The notes beneath the pieces are model-generated. The model was not told where the DNA came from. It did no database searches and saw nothing but the letters and a program-made list of their open reading frames with translations. A stretch of 64,000 bases of DNA from positions 9,242 to 73,241 of the forward strand of contig PXAA01000123.1 in the NCBI GenBank assembly GCA_003567205.1, read 5' to 3'. Every line of letters begins with the position of its first letter. Position 1 is the stretch's first letter. Made by a program: the position numbers and the translations under genes. Origin of the DNA: Bacteroidales bacterium. Lineage in GTDB: Bacteria > Bacteroidota > Bacteroidia > Bacteroidales > UBA7960. Positions 40,782 through 50,979 of this stretch are shown in pieces.

Positions 40782-41675
40782 TTATTGATTAAACAAATAT
40801 ACAGACGCCGCTTTACCCAGTATCAGCAAAGGAGCCAATTCAACGCCACAAAGGTACAAAAATAAGTAATACACAGAAAAACCAGATACCCGGTACCCCA
40901 GCAAAGCACCCCTGATTATTTTATAAATATTAAACAGAATAACAACGACCCAAGAGGCATACAAGCCATAATAGGTGGTGCTGAAAGCGTGGTAAAATAT
41001 AAATGGAAGGATTAACAATCCGACAAATTGATTAAATAAAAACAGGTTAGTAAAATATACCATTGTAGCCTTTCTGGTATGGAATATCCAAGCAAGAAAG
41101 CCCAGCATCAATTTTTTCATCAAATAGAAACCACTGAAAAACAAAACAATCAATCCAAAGATTAACAAATCATGGGTGTCTTGCCAGGGGGCAATCAAAT
41201 CAAAATATTTCAGGGTTTGCAATAACAAGAGGGAAATGGCCAGAATAAAATTAATGATGAGCAGGTAGCTGGGTGTTTCCCGGAACATCACGCCTTCTTT
41301 ATCGACAAAGGAAAAAAAACGATAGCCAAACACGGCCATCAACAATTGCCTGATGCGTCCCGGGAAAAAAAACCGGGCAATGGCCAGCTGAACCAGACAC
41401 AGAATAAACACAACGGCAATCCAGTCATTGGATATGGTTTCCTCAATGGGAATTTCCTGATAATTTGTAATGGGTTCAAGTAAATGGGGTGTGTCGAAAA
41501 ACTCACTACTACTAAATACCTGATTTTCCAAATCATCTGAAATATATACGCTGTCAGTGATAATATATGCCGGAAAATCCGCCGTATCCTGTAACCCGGG
41601 ATAAGCATGAGCCGAAACCATTGCAGGACCAAAAAGTAATACGTATGCTTGAAAAACCAGGGAAAGCAGCATCAT
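40782..41675 (-). CDS. DUF4271-family membrane protein
   Basis: About six TM segments after a signal-like N-terminus, with the conserved Bacteroidota position upstream of hemD. Confidence 0.55.
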   Translation of the reverse strand: MMLLSLVFQAYVLLFGPAMVSAHAYPGLQDTADFPAYIITDSVYISDDLENQVFSSSEFFDTPHLLEPITNYQEIPIEETISNDWIAVVFILCLVQLAIARFFFPGRIRQLLMAVFGYRFFSFVDKEGVMFRETPSYLLIINFILAISLLLLQTLKYFDLIAPWQDTHDLLIFGLIVLFFSGFYLMKKLMLGFLAWIFHTRKATMVYFTNLFLFNQFVGLLILPFIFYHAFSTTYYGLYASWVVVILFNIYKIIRGALLGYRVSGFSVYYLFLYLCGVELAPLLILGKAASVYLFNQ

Positions 41676-41828
41676 TTTTTTTACAAAAGTAATCCTTTTC
41701 TATAAAAAAAGGTCTGGTTTTTGTGGCCATTCCGGGGAATGTTATTTTTTTCACAAAATATGGATTAATTTTTGTGTGGGATAACAAAAAAATAACATAA
41801 ATCTTTTTGATGACAATTAAATTAATCC

Positions 41829-41836
41829 TAATTTTG
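41829..41836 (+). promoter_or_regulatory. -7 promoter box TAATTTTG upstream of pta
   Basis: TAnnTTTG 49 nt before the ATG. Confidence 0.4.
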
Positions 41837-41884
41837 TTGCTCATTGAATTTCAACCATATCCATCTTCATAAATCTTTTAATAA

Positions 41885-42889
41885 TTGATGCAATTCATCG
41901 AATCAATCAAACAAAAAGCAAAAAAACAGAATAAAACAATTGTACTTCCCGAAAGTCTGGATGAGCGTACTTTGCAAGCAGCCGATGCAATCATTTCAGG
42001 GGGTATTGCCCGCATTATTTTACTGGGTGAGCGGGAAAGCATCATGCGGGCAGCGGCCACAAACAAACTAAAATTCATCGAACAGGCCAGGATCATTAAT
42101 CCGGAGCAATTTGAAGAGAAAGAAGCCTATGCAGAAAAGCTTTACCAGATAAGACTGCACAAGGGGATCACGAAAAATGAAGCATTAACCCTGGTGAAAG
42201 ACCCCTTGTACCTGGCTACACTGCTGATCAAAGACGGAGTTGCTGACGGTGAAGTGGCCGGAGCTATGAATGTCACCGCAAATGTATTGCGCCCGGCATT
42301 TCAGATTATCAAAACTCTGCCCGGGATCAGTGTTGTATCGGGGGCATTTTTAATGATCATGAAAGAGAATCACTGGGGGGAAAATGGCATCATTGTGTTT
42401 GCAGACTGTGCGGTCCATCCCGATCCCAGTTCCAAAGAGCTGGCTGAAATCGCTGTAATGACGGCACGTACCACCCGTGCCATTGTGGGGGCAGAACCAA
42501 GGGTGGCCATGCTGAGTTTTTCTACCAAGGGTAGCGCCAAACATCCCATGGTTGACCGGGTAATTGAAGCCACCCGCCTTGCAAAAGGAATGGAGCCATC
42601 ACTGCTCATCGATGGAGAGATGCAGGCCGATGCCGCCATTGTCGAATCAATCGGCAAAAGCAAAGCACCCGGAAGCCCCATTGCCGGAAAAGCCAATGTA
42701 CTGGTATTTCCAACACTGGAAGTAGGAAACATTGCGTATAAACTAGTGCAAAGGCTTGCCGGGGCCGCAGCTGTCGGGCCGGTATTGCAGGGGCTGGCGG
42801 CACCCATCAATGATCTTTCGCGGGGATGTTCCGTTGATGACATTGTAAACATGGTGGCCATTACCGTAAACCAGGCCGCCGGACAATAA
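41885..42889 (+). CDS. pta: Phosphate acetyltransferase
   Basis: PTA_PTB pattern: IVLPESLDERTL, ADCAVHPDP, LVFPTLEVGNIAYKL and DLSRGCS. Confidence 0.9.
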   Translation: MMQFIESIKQKAKKQNKTIVLPESLDERTLQAADAIISGGIARIILLGERESIMRAAATNKLKFIEQARIINPEQFEEKEAYAEKLYQIRLHKGITKNEALTLVKDPLYLATLLIKDGVADGEVAGAMNVTANVLRPAFQIIKTLPGISVVSGAFLMIMKENHWGENGIIVFADCAVHPDPSSKELAEIAVMTARTTRAIVGAEPRVAMLSFSTKGSAKHPMVDRVIEATRLAKGMEPSLLIDGEMQADAAIVESIGKSKAPGSPIAGKANVLVFPTLEVGNIAYKLVQRLAGAAAVGPVLQGLAAPINDLSRGCSVDDIVNMVAITVNQAAGQ

Positions 42890-42944
42890 TCTGAAACTAT
42901 ATTTGTTATTATCAACATATCATAAAAAAACCCATCTGAAGAAA

Positions 42945-44171
42945 ATGAAAATCCTAGTTCTCAATTGTGGCAGCTCTTCCATTAAGTATCAATTGATTGA
43001 TATGGCCAACAACGCTGAATTGCTGGCCAAAGGTTTACTCGAAAGAATTGGCCTTAAAGACAGTGAGTTCAAGCATCAGCCCAAGGGAAAAGACCCCTAT
43101 ATGCTGATTCAGGACGTAAAGAACCATGAAATTGGCATCAATCTGATATTAAAAGCATTGCTTGATCCCAAGCATGGTGTTATAAAAAGCGTAAATGATA
43201 TTATTGCAGTAGGGCACAGGGTGGCGCATGGTGGCGAAAAGTTTAGCGCCAGTGCGTTGATTACCAATGAAGTGAAGAAAAACATCAAAGAGGTTATTGA
43301 ACTTGCCCCACTGCACAACCCGGCAAACCTTAAGGGCATTGTGTCGATGGAAAAACTGGTCCCAAAAATTCCGCAGGTAGCTGTTTTTGACACGGCATTT
43401 CATCAGACCATTCCGCCGCACGCTTATATGTACGGGCTCCCGTATGAACTTTACGAGCGGGATAAGATCAGGCGTTATGGTTTCCATGGCACCAGTCATA
43501 AGTACGTATTCGAAAAGGCCTGCGATGCCCTGTTTATGCGCAAAGACCACGTAAAGGCCATCACCTGCCATTTGGGCAACGGCGCTTCAATTACCGCCAT
43601 TAAGAACGGGAAGTCAGTAGATACATCCATGGGGCTGACCCCAGTCGAAGGCCTGATCATGGGTACCCGCACAGGTGACCTGGACCTCGGTGCACTACTC
43701 TATATCATGAATAAAAAGGGACTTAGCATCGATGAGGCAAATAATCTGATCAACAAAAAGAGCGGGGTATTGGGTGTAAGTGGTGTATCATACGATATGC
43801 GTGACATTGAAAATGCTGCCTGGCACGAAGGCCATAAAAGGGCCCAGTTGGCACTGGATATGTATTTTTACCGGATCGTCAAGTATATCGGAGCATATGC
43901 TGCGGCCATGGGAGGTGTAGATCTGATCATATTCACCGGGGGTGTCGGCGAAAATGGACCCGAAACAAGGGAGGAAATATGCAAGAACCTGGAATTTATT
44001 GGGGTGGTTTTTGACACAGAGAAAAACACAGGGTTGCGCGGCAAACTGGAAATGATCTCCAAGCACGACTCAAAAGTGAAGGTCATGGTGGTTCCCACCA
44101 ATGAAGAACTGGTGATTGCACACGATACGCTCAGGGTTGTTACCCAGCACGACAACAACGACGTTATTTAG
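42945..44171 (+). CDS. ackA: Acetate kinase
   Basis: Reads MKILVLNCGSSSIKYQL, VGHRVAHGG, RRYGFHGTSH and FTGGVGENG. The start is set at ATG 42945. Confidence 0.9.
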   Translation: MKILVLNCGSSSIKYQLIDMANNAELLAKGLLERIGLKDSEFKHQPKGKDPYMLIQDVKNHEIGINLILKALLDPKHGVIKSVNDIIAVGHRVAHGGEKFSASALITNEVKKNIKEVIELAPLHNPANLKGIVSMEKLVPKIPQVAVFDTAFHQTIPPHAYMYGLPYELYERDKIRRYGFHGTSHKYVFEKACDALFMRKDHVKAITCHLGNGASITAIKNGKSVDTSMGLTPVEGLIMGTRTGDLDLGALLYIMNKKGLSIDEANNLINKKSGVLGVSGVSYDMRDIENAAWHEGHKRAQLALDMYFYRIVKYIGAYAAAMGGVDLIIFTGGVGENGPETREEICKNLEFIGVVFDTEKNTGLRGKLEMISKHDSKVKVMVVPTNEELVIAHDTLRVVTQHDNNDVI

Positions 44172-44198
44172 GATTACCCGGTACAAAAGGGCCTTGCT

Positions 44199-44982
44199 TT
44201 ATACCTGCGGGTATTTTTTAAGCAGTTCAAAAGGCTTCATCAGCAAATCGACATATTGTGCCCGCTGATAAGCATAAGGGTCTTTGACCCTGGCTTTGGA
44301 AAGTTTGCCTCGGAAATCATCCGGGCTGGCTGAGGTTAAACGGAAAGTGATGGTCTTGTGTTTTCAGATCGATATCCGGTTGAAACAACCTGTTAAACAA
44401 AACAAACCCGGCCACACCCTCTTTATCCATCCGGCGAATAAACGCCAGTGTGTTTGAATAAAAGGGACTCAACTTAACACTGATGGGAATACCCACCTTG
44501 CTTTTTACATCTTTAAGTATCTGTAATTGTTCTTTTTCCACATCGTCTGAAGACCTGTCAAAATTGCCCGGGTTGGCATAAAAGTTTAGTTCAAGCCCGT
44601 CTACACCGGTCTTTTCCATTTCCACGGCATAATCCACCCAGGTACCCGGATTGATACAGTTCAAACTGCCGATAACCGGTATATCCAGTGCTTTTTTAAT
44701 TTTTGAGAGTTTATCCAGGTGTTCTTCCGGTCCTGCATGCCTGATGCCCGGAAAAAGACTGATCATTTCAGCATGCCGTTCGGCATATTCACTGAGTTCT
44801 TCCTCCATTTGCAGGCTCTCCAGGTTTATCTACTCTTCAAACAACGATTTGAATACAATGGCCGATGCACCGGCATCTTCCATTTTCCTGGCCAGGTCTG
44901 TTTCCATGCTTAGATTGCAGGCACCAACCATCAGCGGGTTTTTCAGATCCAGACCCATGTAGTTAGTCGATAAATTTGCCAT
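44199..44982 (-). pseudogene. Dihydroorotate dehydrogenase-like (class 1 DHOD/DHPD fold) gene with an in-frame TAG, an internal deletion and a frameshift
   Basis: The ATG at 44982 gives MANLSTNYMGLDLKNPLMVGACNL...FKSLFEE. An in-frame TAG follows at 44832-44830. The same frame then continues through ORF 44317..44808. The C-terminal 43 codons (DDFRGKLSKARVKDPYAYQRAQYVDLLMKPFELLKKYPQV*) are in the +1 frame, and about 70 aa in between are missing. Confidence 0.65.
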
Positions 44983-45169
44983 ATTGCTTCTTATTTTTGG
45001 TTTTGGATTTAAAAGATAAATGTAAATATATATTCTGTTTTATACAACTTTTTACAAATGCCACCATTCATATCAATGATTATTCCAGTGAAATTGTTTG
45101 ATTGTTTGCCTTAATTTTTTTTCTTCATCATTTTTTTGTATTTTAGTTTCCCAGACAAAAAATGCAGTC

Positions 45170-46234
45170 ATGCAGAAGCATAACAGACGAAAATTTTTGC
45201 GTATCCTGGCCACATTGCCGGCAGCTACAATGGCCGGCAACCTTATGCTGAAAGGTGCTTTCCAAAACACCACACATGCGGCAAACACTGAAGCAATGCA
45301 CACAAAAAAACCCTCCTATGCCCCCAGGTATGTTGAATTGCACAAAACCGGTGAACTAAAGGCACGTGCAGAAATCCTTTACGAAAGAATGCGGCATTGC
45401 GATTTGTGTCCGCGCGATTGTGCAACAGACCGCTTACGTGGCCAACGCGGCAATTGCAATGCCAACGGCGATCTGGAGATCTCTTCGGCAAGCGCGCATT
45501 TTGGTGAAGAAGAAGAGCTTGTGGGGCAATTTGGTTCGGGGACCATCTTTTTCACGAATTGTTCCATGCATTGTGTGTTTTGCATCAATTATGAGATCAG
45601 CCAGCTCGGTCAGGGCCGGAAATACAATACCAGGCAACTGGCCAATATGATGCTTTTATTGCAGCGCCGGGGATGCCACAACATCAATGTTGTAACCCCC
45701 ACCCACTATGTACCGCATATTCTTTTCGCCCTCGACCGCGCAGTGCCCGACGGACTGAATATCCCCCTTGTTTACAACACCAGTGGCTGGGAAAAAACCG
45801 ACATCCTGGAGTTTCTGGATGGGGTGGTGGATGTATACCTGGCAGACTTCAAATATGCCGACCCCCAGGCAGCAAACATTTATTCGCCGGGGGCTGTGCG
45901 CTATCCCGAAGTGGCTCAAAAAGCAATGCTCGAAATGAACAGGCAGGTGGGTGTCGCCCATGCCGATCCCAATAGCGGTCTGATGAATCAGGGGTTGATG
46001 ATCCGCCACCTGGTAATGCCCGACAATGTGGCAAGAAGCGACCGGGTGTTGCGCTGGATTGCCAATAACCTGCCCAAAGACACTTACGTAAACATCATGT
46101 CGCAATATACGCCCATGTTCAAAGCCTTTGATCATTCGGAGATCGCCAGGCGGATCACACGCTCTGAATACAATAATGCAGTGGGAATAGCAAGAAGTGC
46201 CGGCCTAACAAATCTCCGCCTGCAAATGCGGTAA
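45170..46234 (+). CDS. PflX-like (COG1313) radical SAM protein with a twin-arginine-type N-terminal signal
   Basis: Shows the CxxxCxxC motif in NCSMHCVFCINYEIS and an upstream CDLCPRDC cluster. The N-terminus reads MQKHNRRKFLRILATLPAATMAG. The start is set at ATG 45170. Confidence 0.7.
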   Translation: MQKHNRRKFLRILATLPAATMAGNLMLKGAFQNTTHAANTEAMHTKKPSYAPRYVELHKTGELKARAEILYERMRHCDLCPRDCATDRLRGQRGNCNANGDLEISSASAHFGEEEELVGQFGSGTIFFTNCSMHCVFCINYEISQLGQGRKYNTRQLANMMLLLQRRGCHNINVVTPTHYVPHILFALDRAVPDGLNIPLVYNTSGWEKTDILEFLDGVVDVYLADFKYADPQAANIYSPGAVRYPEVAQKAMLEMNRQVGVAHADPNSGLMNQGLMIRHLVMPDNVARSDRVLRWIANNLPKDTYVNIMSQYTPMFKAFDHSEIARRITRSEYNNAVGIARSAGLTNLRLQMR

Positions 46235-46241
46235 AAATGGC

Positions 46242-46272
46242 GCGGGAGGAGTCAAGGGCAGACACCTCCCGC
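46242..46272 (+). terminator. Hairpin after the radical SAM gene
   Basis: 8-bp GC-rich stem GCGGGAGG / CCTCCCGC with a 15-nt loop, 8 nt after the stop. The T-tract is weak. Confidence 0.4.
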
Positions 46273-46421
46273 AACTTTCTACCACCAAAACAAAAACAAC
46301 ATTAACCAGTAAACAAAACCATCCAAAACTGATAGAAAGCCAAATTCGTTTCGAACAGCGTTACAATTTAGTGAATTTTTTATTTTTCCCCAAATATTTT
46401 TCCGTTTTTTTTCAAAAAAAA

Positions 46422-47084
46422 TCACCACCTGCCACCACGGTGGAACGGCATGGGGCTGTGGAAAGCCCCGAACGGAGATCGGTTAAAATGCAATGGTGAA
46501 TAGGGGTCAAAGCCCGAGGAGAAATTGACCTCTGCCCCAAAACGCAAGTTTTCCGAAACCCGGTAATCAAAACCAAGCATCATCCCCCGGGGGTTTTGCT
46601 GAAAAGCATAAGGGTTCATCGGACTGTCTTTCATATCATATTCCGATCGTTCTATCCATGTTGCCCCGACAAGACTTAATCGCGGGTTGACCTGATAGGT
46701 GCCAACAGCGTATGCCGTGCTGGAAAACAAACTTCCACCCTGACCAGCATACATCTGCTCACCACCAGCCATATGCGGGGCGAAAGGAAAGGTTCCTTGC
46801 ATGAGATCCGTACGGGTGGTGGAAAAGATTGTTCCCACCTCCAGGTGAAAATTCCGGCCAAGGCCCCAATTGATTTGCGGTGCAATAGAATGCCTAAAAA
46901 AATTGCCTGCCGACCCGGCTGTTGTAAAGCTGCTGCCAAATTGCAGAGAAAAATCGGGGGAGGTAGAAAAAACAGGCTCCCTGTCATTAAAATAGTCACC
47001 TGCTGCCTCCTGCGCAGGCAATGGAGAAGCCAGCAAAAGGAAAAATGCCAGGGTGAGGCCGATGATGGTGTGCTGTACTTTCAT
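46422..47084 (-). CDS. Putative small outer-membrane beta-barrel protein
   Basis: Shows the signal peptide MKVQHTIIGLTLAFFLLLASPLPAQE, alternating Gly/aromatic-rich strands and a C-terminal aromatic residue (..GGRW). The start is set at ATG 47084. Confidence 0.45.
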   Translation of the reverse strand: MKVQHTIIGLTLAFFLLLASPLPAQEAAGDYFNDREPVFSTSPDFSLQFGSSFTTAGSAGNFFRHSIAPQINWGLGRNFHLEVGTIFSTTRTDLMQGTFPFAPHMAGGEQMYAGQGGSLFSSTAYAVGTYQVNPRLSLVGATWIERSEYDMKDSPMNPYAFQQNPRGMMLGFDYRVSENLRFGAEVNFSSGFDPYSPLHFNRSPFGAFHSPMPFHRGGRW

Positions 47085-47103
47085 ATGATCCTTATTTTCA
47101 TTA

Positions 47104-47111
47104 CAAATATA
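47104..47111 (-). promoter_or_regulatory. -7 promoter box TATATTTG upstream of the beta-barrel gene
   Basis: TAnnTTTG on the minus strand, 20 nt before the ATG. Confidence 0.35.
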
Positions 47112-47223
47112 CACGAATATAGTGGTTTGTCCAAATGCTTTTGGTTTATCGCTTGTTTTACATACGATCATTCATTAAATTTACACCCTTCAGACCCTCT
47201 GAAATTACCTAAATCATCTACCA

Positions 47224-47979
47224 ATGAAAAAGAAATACAAATACGGCCTTGTACTCAGTGGCGGGGGCACCCGAGGTTTTGCACACCTGGGGGCGATCAA
47301 GGCTTTGGAAGAAAGCGGGATCAAACCAGACATTATCTCCGGGGTCAGTGCCGGAAGCATTGTCGGGGCCCTCTACGCCGACGGACAGGATGCAGATAAA
47401 GCACTTAAAGCCCTGATCAGCAAAAACCTTCTCGGCTTTTTAGGGCTGATGTTCCCTAAAACAGGGCTGCTAAAAATGACCGGTTTCGAAAGAACACTGA
47501 AAAAAGCCTTGCGGGCCAAACGCTTTGAAGACCTCAGCATCCCGCTGATCATACATGCGGTTAATATCAACAAGGTGGAATACACCCGGTTCGACAAAGG
47601 CGACCTAATACAAGCCATCAAGGCTTCGTCCTCCATACCTATTGTGTTTCCGCCCGTTGAAATTGACGGATGCCTGTATCTGGACGGAGGCCTTGTAAAT
47701 AATTTCCCGGTGGAACCCCTGGTGGATATATGTGACACCATTATTGGCATAAACGTAAATCCCCTTGGAGAAGATTTCAAGATTGGCAATCTGAAAACCA
47801 TCGCCATCCGTTCATTTCACCTTTCGATGCGGAACCACGCCGAAAGCCGAAAAGACAAATGCGACATTTACATTGAACCGGAAGGGTTGGAGTATTTTGG
47901 TATCCTGGACCTTTCAAGCGCCGAAAAAATCTTTGAGTTAGGCTATAAAAAAACACTGGAAGTGCTGAAAAAGAAATAA
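47224..47979 (+). CDS. Patatin-like phospholipase
   Basis: Shows the [11 protein letters not shown] oxyanion motif, the GVSAGS nucleophile and the YLDGG Asp motif. Confidence 0.85.
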   Translation: MKKKYKYGLVLSGGGTRGFAHLGAIKALEESGIKPDIISGVSAGSIVGALYADGQDADKALKALISKNLLGFLGLMFPKTGLLKMTGFERTLKKALRAKRFEDLSIPLIIHAVNINKVEYTRFDKGDLIQAIKASSSIPIVFPPVEIDGCLYLDGGLVNNFPVEPLVDICDTIIGINVNPLGEDFKIGNLKTIAIRSFHLSMRNHAESRKDKCDIYIEPEGLEYFGILDLSSAEKIFELGYKKTLEVLKKK

Positions 47980-47983
47980 ATAT

Positions 47984-49462
47984 ATGGCAAAGAAAGCATT
48001 ATACATATACAACTCCCTCACACGCAAACGGGAGGAGTTCTCCCCGCTGAACCACCCATTTGTCGGATTATACGTTTGCGGACCCACCGCTTACGGAGAT
48101 GCCCATCTGGGGCATGCGCGGCCGGCAGTGACTTTTGACCTGGTGTTCCGCTACCTTAAACACCTTGGATACAAAGTACGTTACGTGCGTAATATCACCG
48201 ATGTGGGGCACCTTGAAAGCGATGCCGACCTGGGCGAAGACAAAGTCCTGAAAAAAGCCAGGCTGGAACAACTGGAGCCCATGGAGGTGGTACAATACTA
48301 CTCCGACCGTTATCATGCCGATATGGACAAATTGAATGTGCTGAAACCAAGCATAGAACCCAGGGCTTCGGGACACATTATTGAGCAAATCGGGATGGCC
48401 CAGGCCATATTGGATGCAGGGTTTGCCTATGAGGTAAATGGCTCGGTGTATTTCGACGTGCAAAAATACAACCGGGAACATCATTACGGGAAGCTCAGTG
48501 GCAGGTCGGTCGATGATATGATATCCGGAGGCCGCCAGCTAAACGGGCAAACAGAAAAGCGCTACCCGGCCGATTTTGCTCTCTGGAAAAAAGCAGGCCC
48601 GGGCCACATCATGCGCTGGCCGTCTCCCTGGGGTGAAGGTTTCCCCGGCTGGCACCTGGAATGTTCTGCCATGAGTGCCAAATACCTTGGTGAAGCGTTT
48701 GATATCCACGGAGGGGGCATGGACCTTCTGTTCCCGCACCATGAATGCGAAATCGCCCAGTCCAAAACCGCTTTCGGGAAAGATACCGTTCGCTACTGGA
48801 TGCACAACAATATGGTTACCATCAACGGGCAGAAGATGGGAAAATCGCTGGGCAACTTCATCACTCTCCGCGAATTCTTCGAAGGCAGCCACAAGGCGCT
48901 AAGCAGGGCTTTCGAACCCATGACCATTCGCTTTTTTATTCTTCAGGCACATTACAGGAGTACCCTGGATTTCAGCAATGAAGCATTGGAAGGGGCCGAA
49001 AAAGGCCTGAGAAGGCTGTTGCAGGGCATGGAAACACTAAACAGGCTGGAGGCCTCCGAAATTTCTTCCGTTGACCTGAGTGCCCTGCCGGACAAATGCC
49101 ATGAAGCCATGCTTGATGATTTCAACAGCCCCATGGCCATCGCCCATCTGTTTGACGCGGTAAAAAGTATCAACGCAGTAAAAGAAGGGCAAGCCACATT
49201 AAGCGGATCCGATTTGGAGCTGCTGCGTAAAACCTTCTGTGACTTTGTAGTGGAGATCTTTGGGCTTACACAGCAACAAGCAATGGGCGAAGCACATAAC
49301 AAAGAGATCATTCATGGATTGATGGAGGTCCTGCTGGATTTGCGGCAAAATGCCCGCCGGCAAAAAGACTGGGCCACAGCCGACAAACTACGGGATGCCC
49401 TTCAAAGGCTGCATATCACTGTAAAAGATGGCAAGGACGGGGCAAGCTGGGAAATTGAATAA
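47984..49462 (+). CDS. cysS: Cysteine--tRNA ligase
   Basis: Shows HLGHAR (the HIGH motif), KMGKSLGN (the KMSKS motif) and the WHLEC zinc site. Confidence 0.9.
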   Translation: MAKKALYIYNSLTRKREEFSPLNHPFVGLYVCGPTAYGDAHLGHARPAVTFDLVFRYLKHLGYKVRYVRNITDVGHLESDADLGEDKVLKKARLEQLEPMEVVQYYSDRYHADMDKLNVLKPSIEPRASGHIIEQIGMAQAILDAGFAYEVNGSVYFDVQKYNREHHYGKLSGRSVDDMISGGRQLNGQTEKRYPADFALWKKAGPGHIMRWPSPWGEGFPGWHLECSAMSAKYLGEAFDIHGGGMDLLFPHHECEIAQSKTAFGKDTVRYWMHNNMVTINGQKMGKSLGNFITLREFFEGSHKALSRAFEPMTIRFFILQAHYRSTLDFSNEALEGAEKGLRRLLQGMETLNRLEASEISSVDLSALPDKCHEAMLDDFNSPMAIAHLFDAVKSINAVKEGQATLSGSDLELLRKTFCDFVVEIFGLTQQQAMGEAHNKEIIHGLMEVLLDLRQNARRQKDWATADKLRDALQRLHITVKDGKDGASWEIE

Positions 49463-49479
49463 TTTGTATATTATTAAGC

Positions 49480-49698
49480 ATGAATGCAGCACCTGCCACA
49501 GATAAGCACGAGTTATACCTGAACCATATTCTGAAAGGAAATTGCCGGGACGCGTCGAACCTGGTGAAACAGTGGATCGGCCAACAACTGTCTGTAAGAG
49601 ACCTTTATGAAATGGGTTCTTCGGAAGTCCGGCGTACTTCAATTCCCAAAAAGAGAAATCTACAAGTATTCCAGTATCCTTCCCGAAAGATGCAATAG
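49480..49698 (+). pseudogene. Possible N-terminal fragment of a cobalamin-binding (B12-binding_2 helical bundle) protein
   Basis: ELYLNHILKGNCRDASNLVKQWIGQQLSVRDLYEM fits the B12-binding_2 pattern. The similarity ends around 49612, the ORF then runs into the 3' end of the convergent TolC gene, and no Rossmann DxHxxG part follows. Confidence 0.3.
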
Positions 49699-50979
49699 GG
49701 ATATCTCCGCCAGCTTGGCCTGGTATTGAATGGACACAAGCCTTTCTTCCGCCTCCAGGAGGTTCTTCTGAACTTCCCGCAATTCAATCCCCGACAGATC
49801 ACCCAGGCGATAACGTTCCATGGCAATATCAAGTGTCTCATAGGCCACGCCAAGGTTTTGTGATTCCATCTCTATCAGGCGCAAATTATTCAGGTAAATA
49901 TTGTAGGTGGTGATCAGACTCGACATCAGGCTGTTCTCGGTGTCTTCATAACGCAGGCGGCTGTTCTCGACCGCTATGGTGGCATTGTTTACCCGGCGGC
50001 GCTGGTTAAACCCGTCAAACAGGTTAATCCCAAAGGTAATGCCATAATTCATCCCGTACGTTTGCTGGTCACTGAATGTGCCCGATTGAAAGGTGTTGTG
50101 CGAAAAAGCATAAGCCGAACTCAGGTTCACGTAAGGGTATGCCTGGGAAGAAGCAATCCGCCGGTCATACCCGGAAACCGTTTTGTCATTTTCAGCAAGC
50201 CGCATGGCTGTATTATTCTTTCTTGCAGAAGCTTCAAGGGTCTCAAAAATCAGGATGTCATTCAGGGGAATAATGGTATCTGTGGGTTGCAGGTTGAAAC
50301 GCAGGTTTTCCATGGCCATCAGTTCATTCAGGCGGATACGGGAAGCCCTGACCACTTCTTCCTGCCTGGTCATCCGGGAGCTGTCGGCATTCAAAAAAAC
50401 CTCTGCCTGAAGGAGTTGCAGTTTAGAGCCAGATCCCAGCAAAAAACGCTCCTCATCAATGCGAACCCGTTCCCGCGACAAGTCAACGGCAAACTTCAGG
50501 TTGTTGAGCAGCCGTTGCTGCTGGATCAGGTTAAAGTACTCGGAGGTGAGGCTTGCCACCAGGTGTTCAATGGCCATCCGGGTATTCAACTCCCCCATCT
50601 CTTTCAGTGCCGCCAGTTTGTCGTAGGTGATCTGCACACGGAAACCGTCAAATATGGTCCAGCCAAGGCCTACATTGGCATTGGCCACCGTGTTGTGAAT
50701 GTTCCGCAAAGCGGTTTCGTTGCCGTCAAAATCTGTCCGGCCGGTATTGTTGTATGTTCCGGAATACTGGGTGCGCAAATCAACAGAAGGCAGAAATCCG
50801 GCATTGCCGAGGCTGTAATTGTTGGCAGATATCTGCTGATTATTTCTTGCCATCCGGATGGAATAATTGTTTTCCAGTCCGATGGAAATCACATCCTGCA
50901 GGCTCAACGACTGCTGGGCGTGGAGGCCGGTAGCCACACATAAGATAAACGCATTAAGAATCAACTGCTTGAAATTCAT
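49660..50979 (-). CDS. TolC-family outer membrane efflux protein
   Basis: 439 aa with a signal peptide and a duplicated OEP repeat pattern. It is the last gene of the RND operon. Confidence 0.8.
   Translation of the reverse strand: MNFKQLILNAFILCVATGLHAQQSLSLQDVISIGLENNYSIRMARNNQQISANNYSLGNAGFLPSVDLRTQYSGTYNNTGRTDFDGNETALRNIHNTVANANVGLGWTIFDGFRVQITYDKLAALKEMGELNTRMAIEHLVASLTSEYFNLIQQQRLLNNLKFAVDLSRERVRIDEERFLLGSGSKLQLLQAEVFLNADSSRMTRQEEVVRASRIRLNELMAMENLRFNLQPTDTIIPLNDILIFETLEASARKNNTAMRLAENDKTVSGYDRRIASSQAYPYVNLSSAYAFSHNTFQSGTFSDQQTYGMNYGITFGINLFDGFNQRRRVNNATIAVENSRLRYEDTENSLMSSLITTYNIYLNNLRLIEMESQNLGVAYETLDIAMERYRLGDLSGIELREVQKNLLEAEERLVSIQYQAKLAEISLLHLSGRILEYL

Noticed and set aside
44175-44213. 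TACCCG…CGGGTA hairpin followed by TTTTTTA after ackA, considered as a terminator.
   Set aside because: It has a 6-bp stem with a 26-nt loop and overlaps the residual C-terminal coding segment of the DHOD-like pseudogene. That is too weak to call.
46405-46421. A T8-C-A8 perfect palindrome immediately after the stop of the beta-barrel gene.
   Set aside because: A pure A/T stem with a 1-nt loop cannot form a stable hairpin. It is probably just AT-rich spacer, with at most a very weak terminator role.
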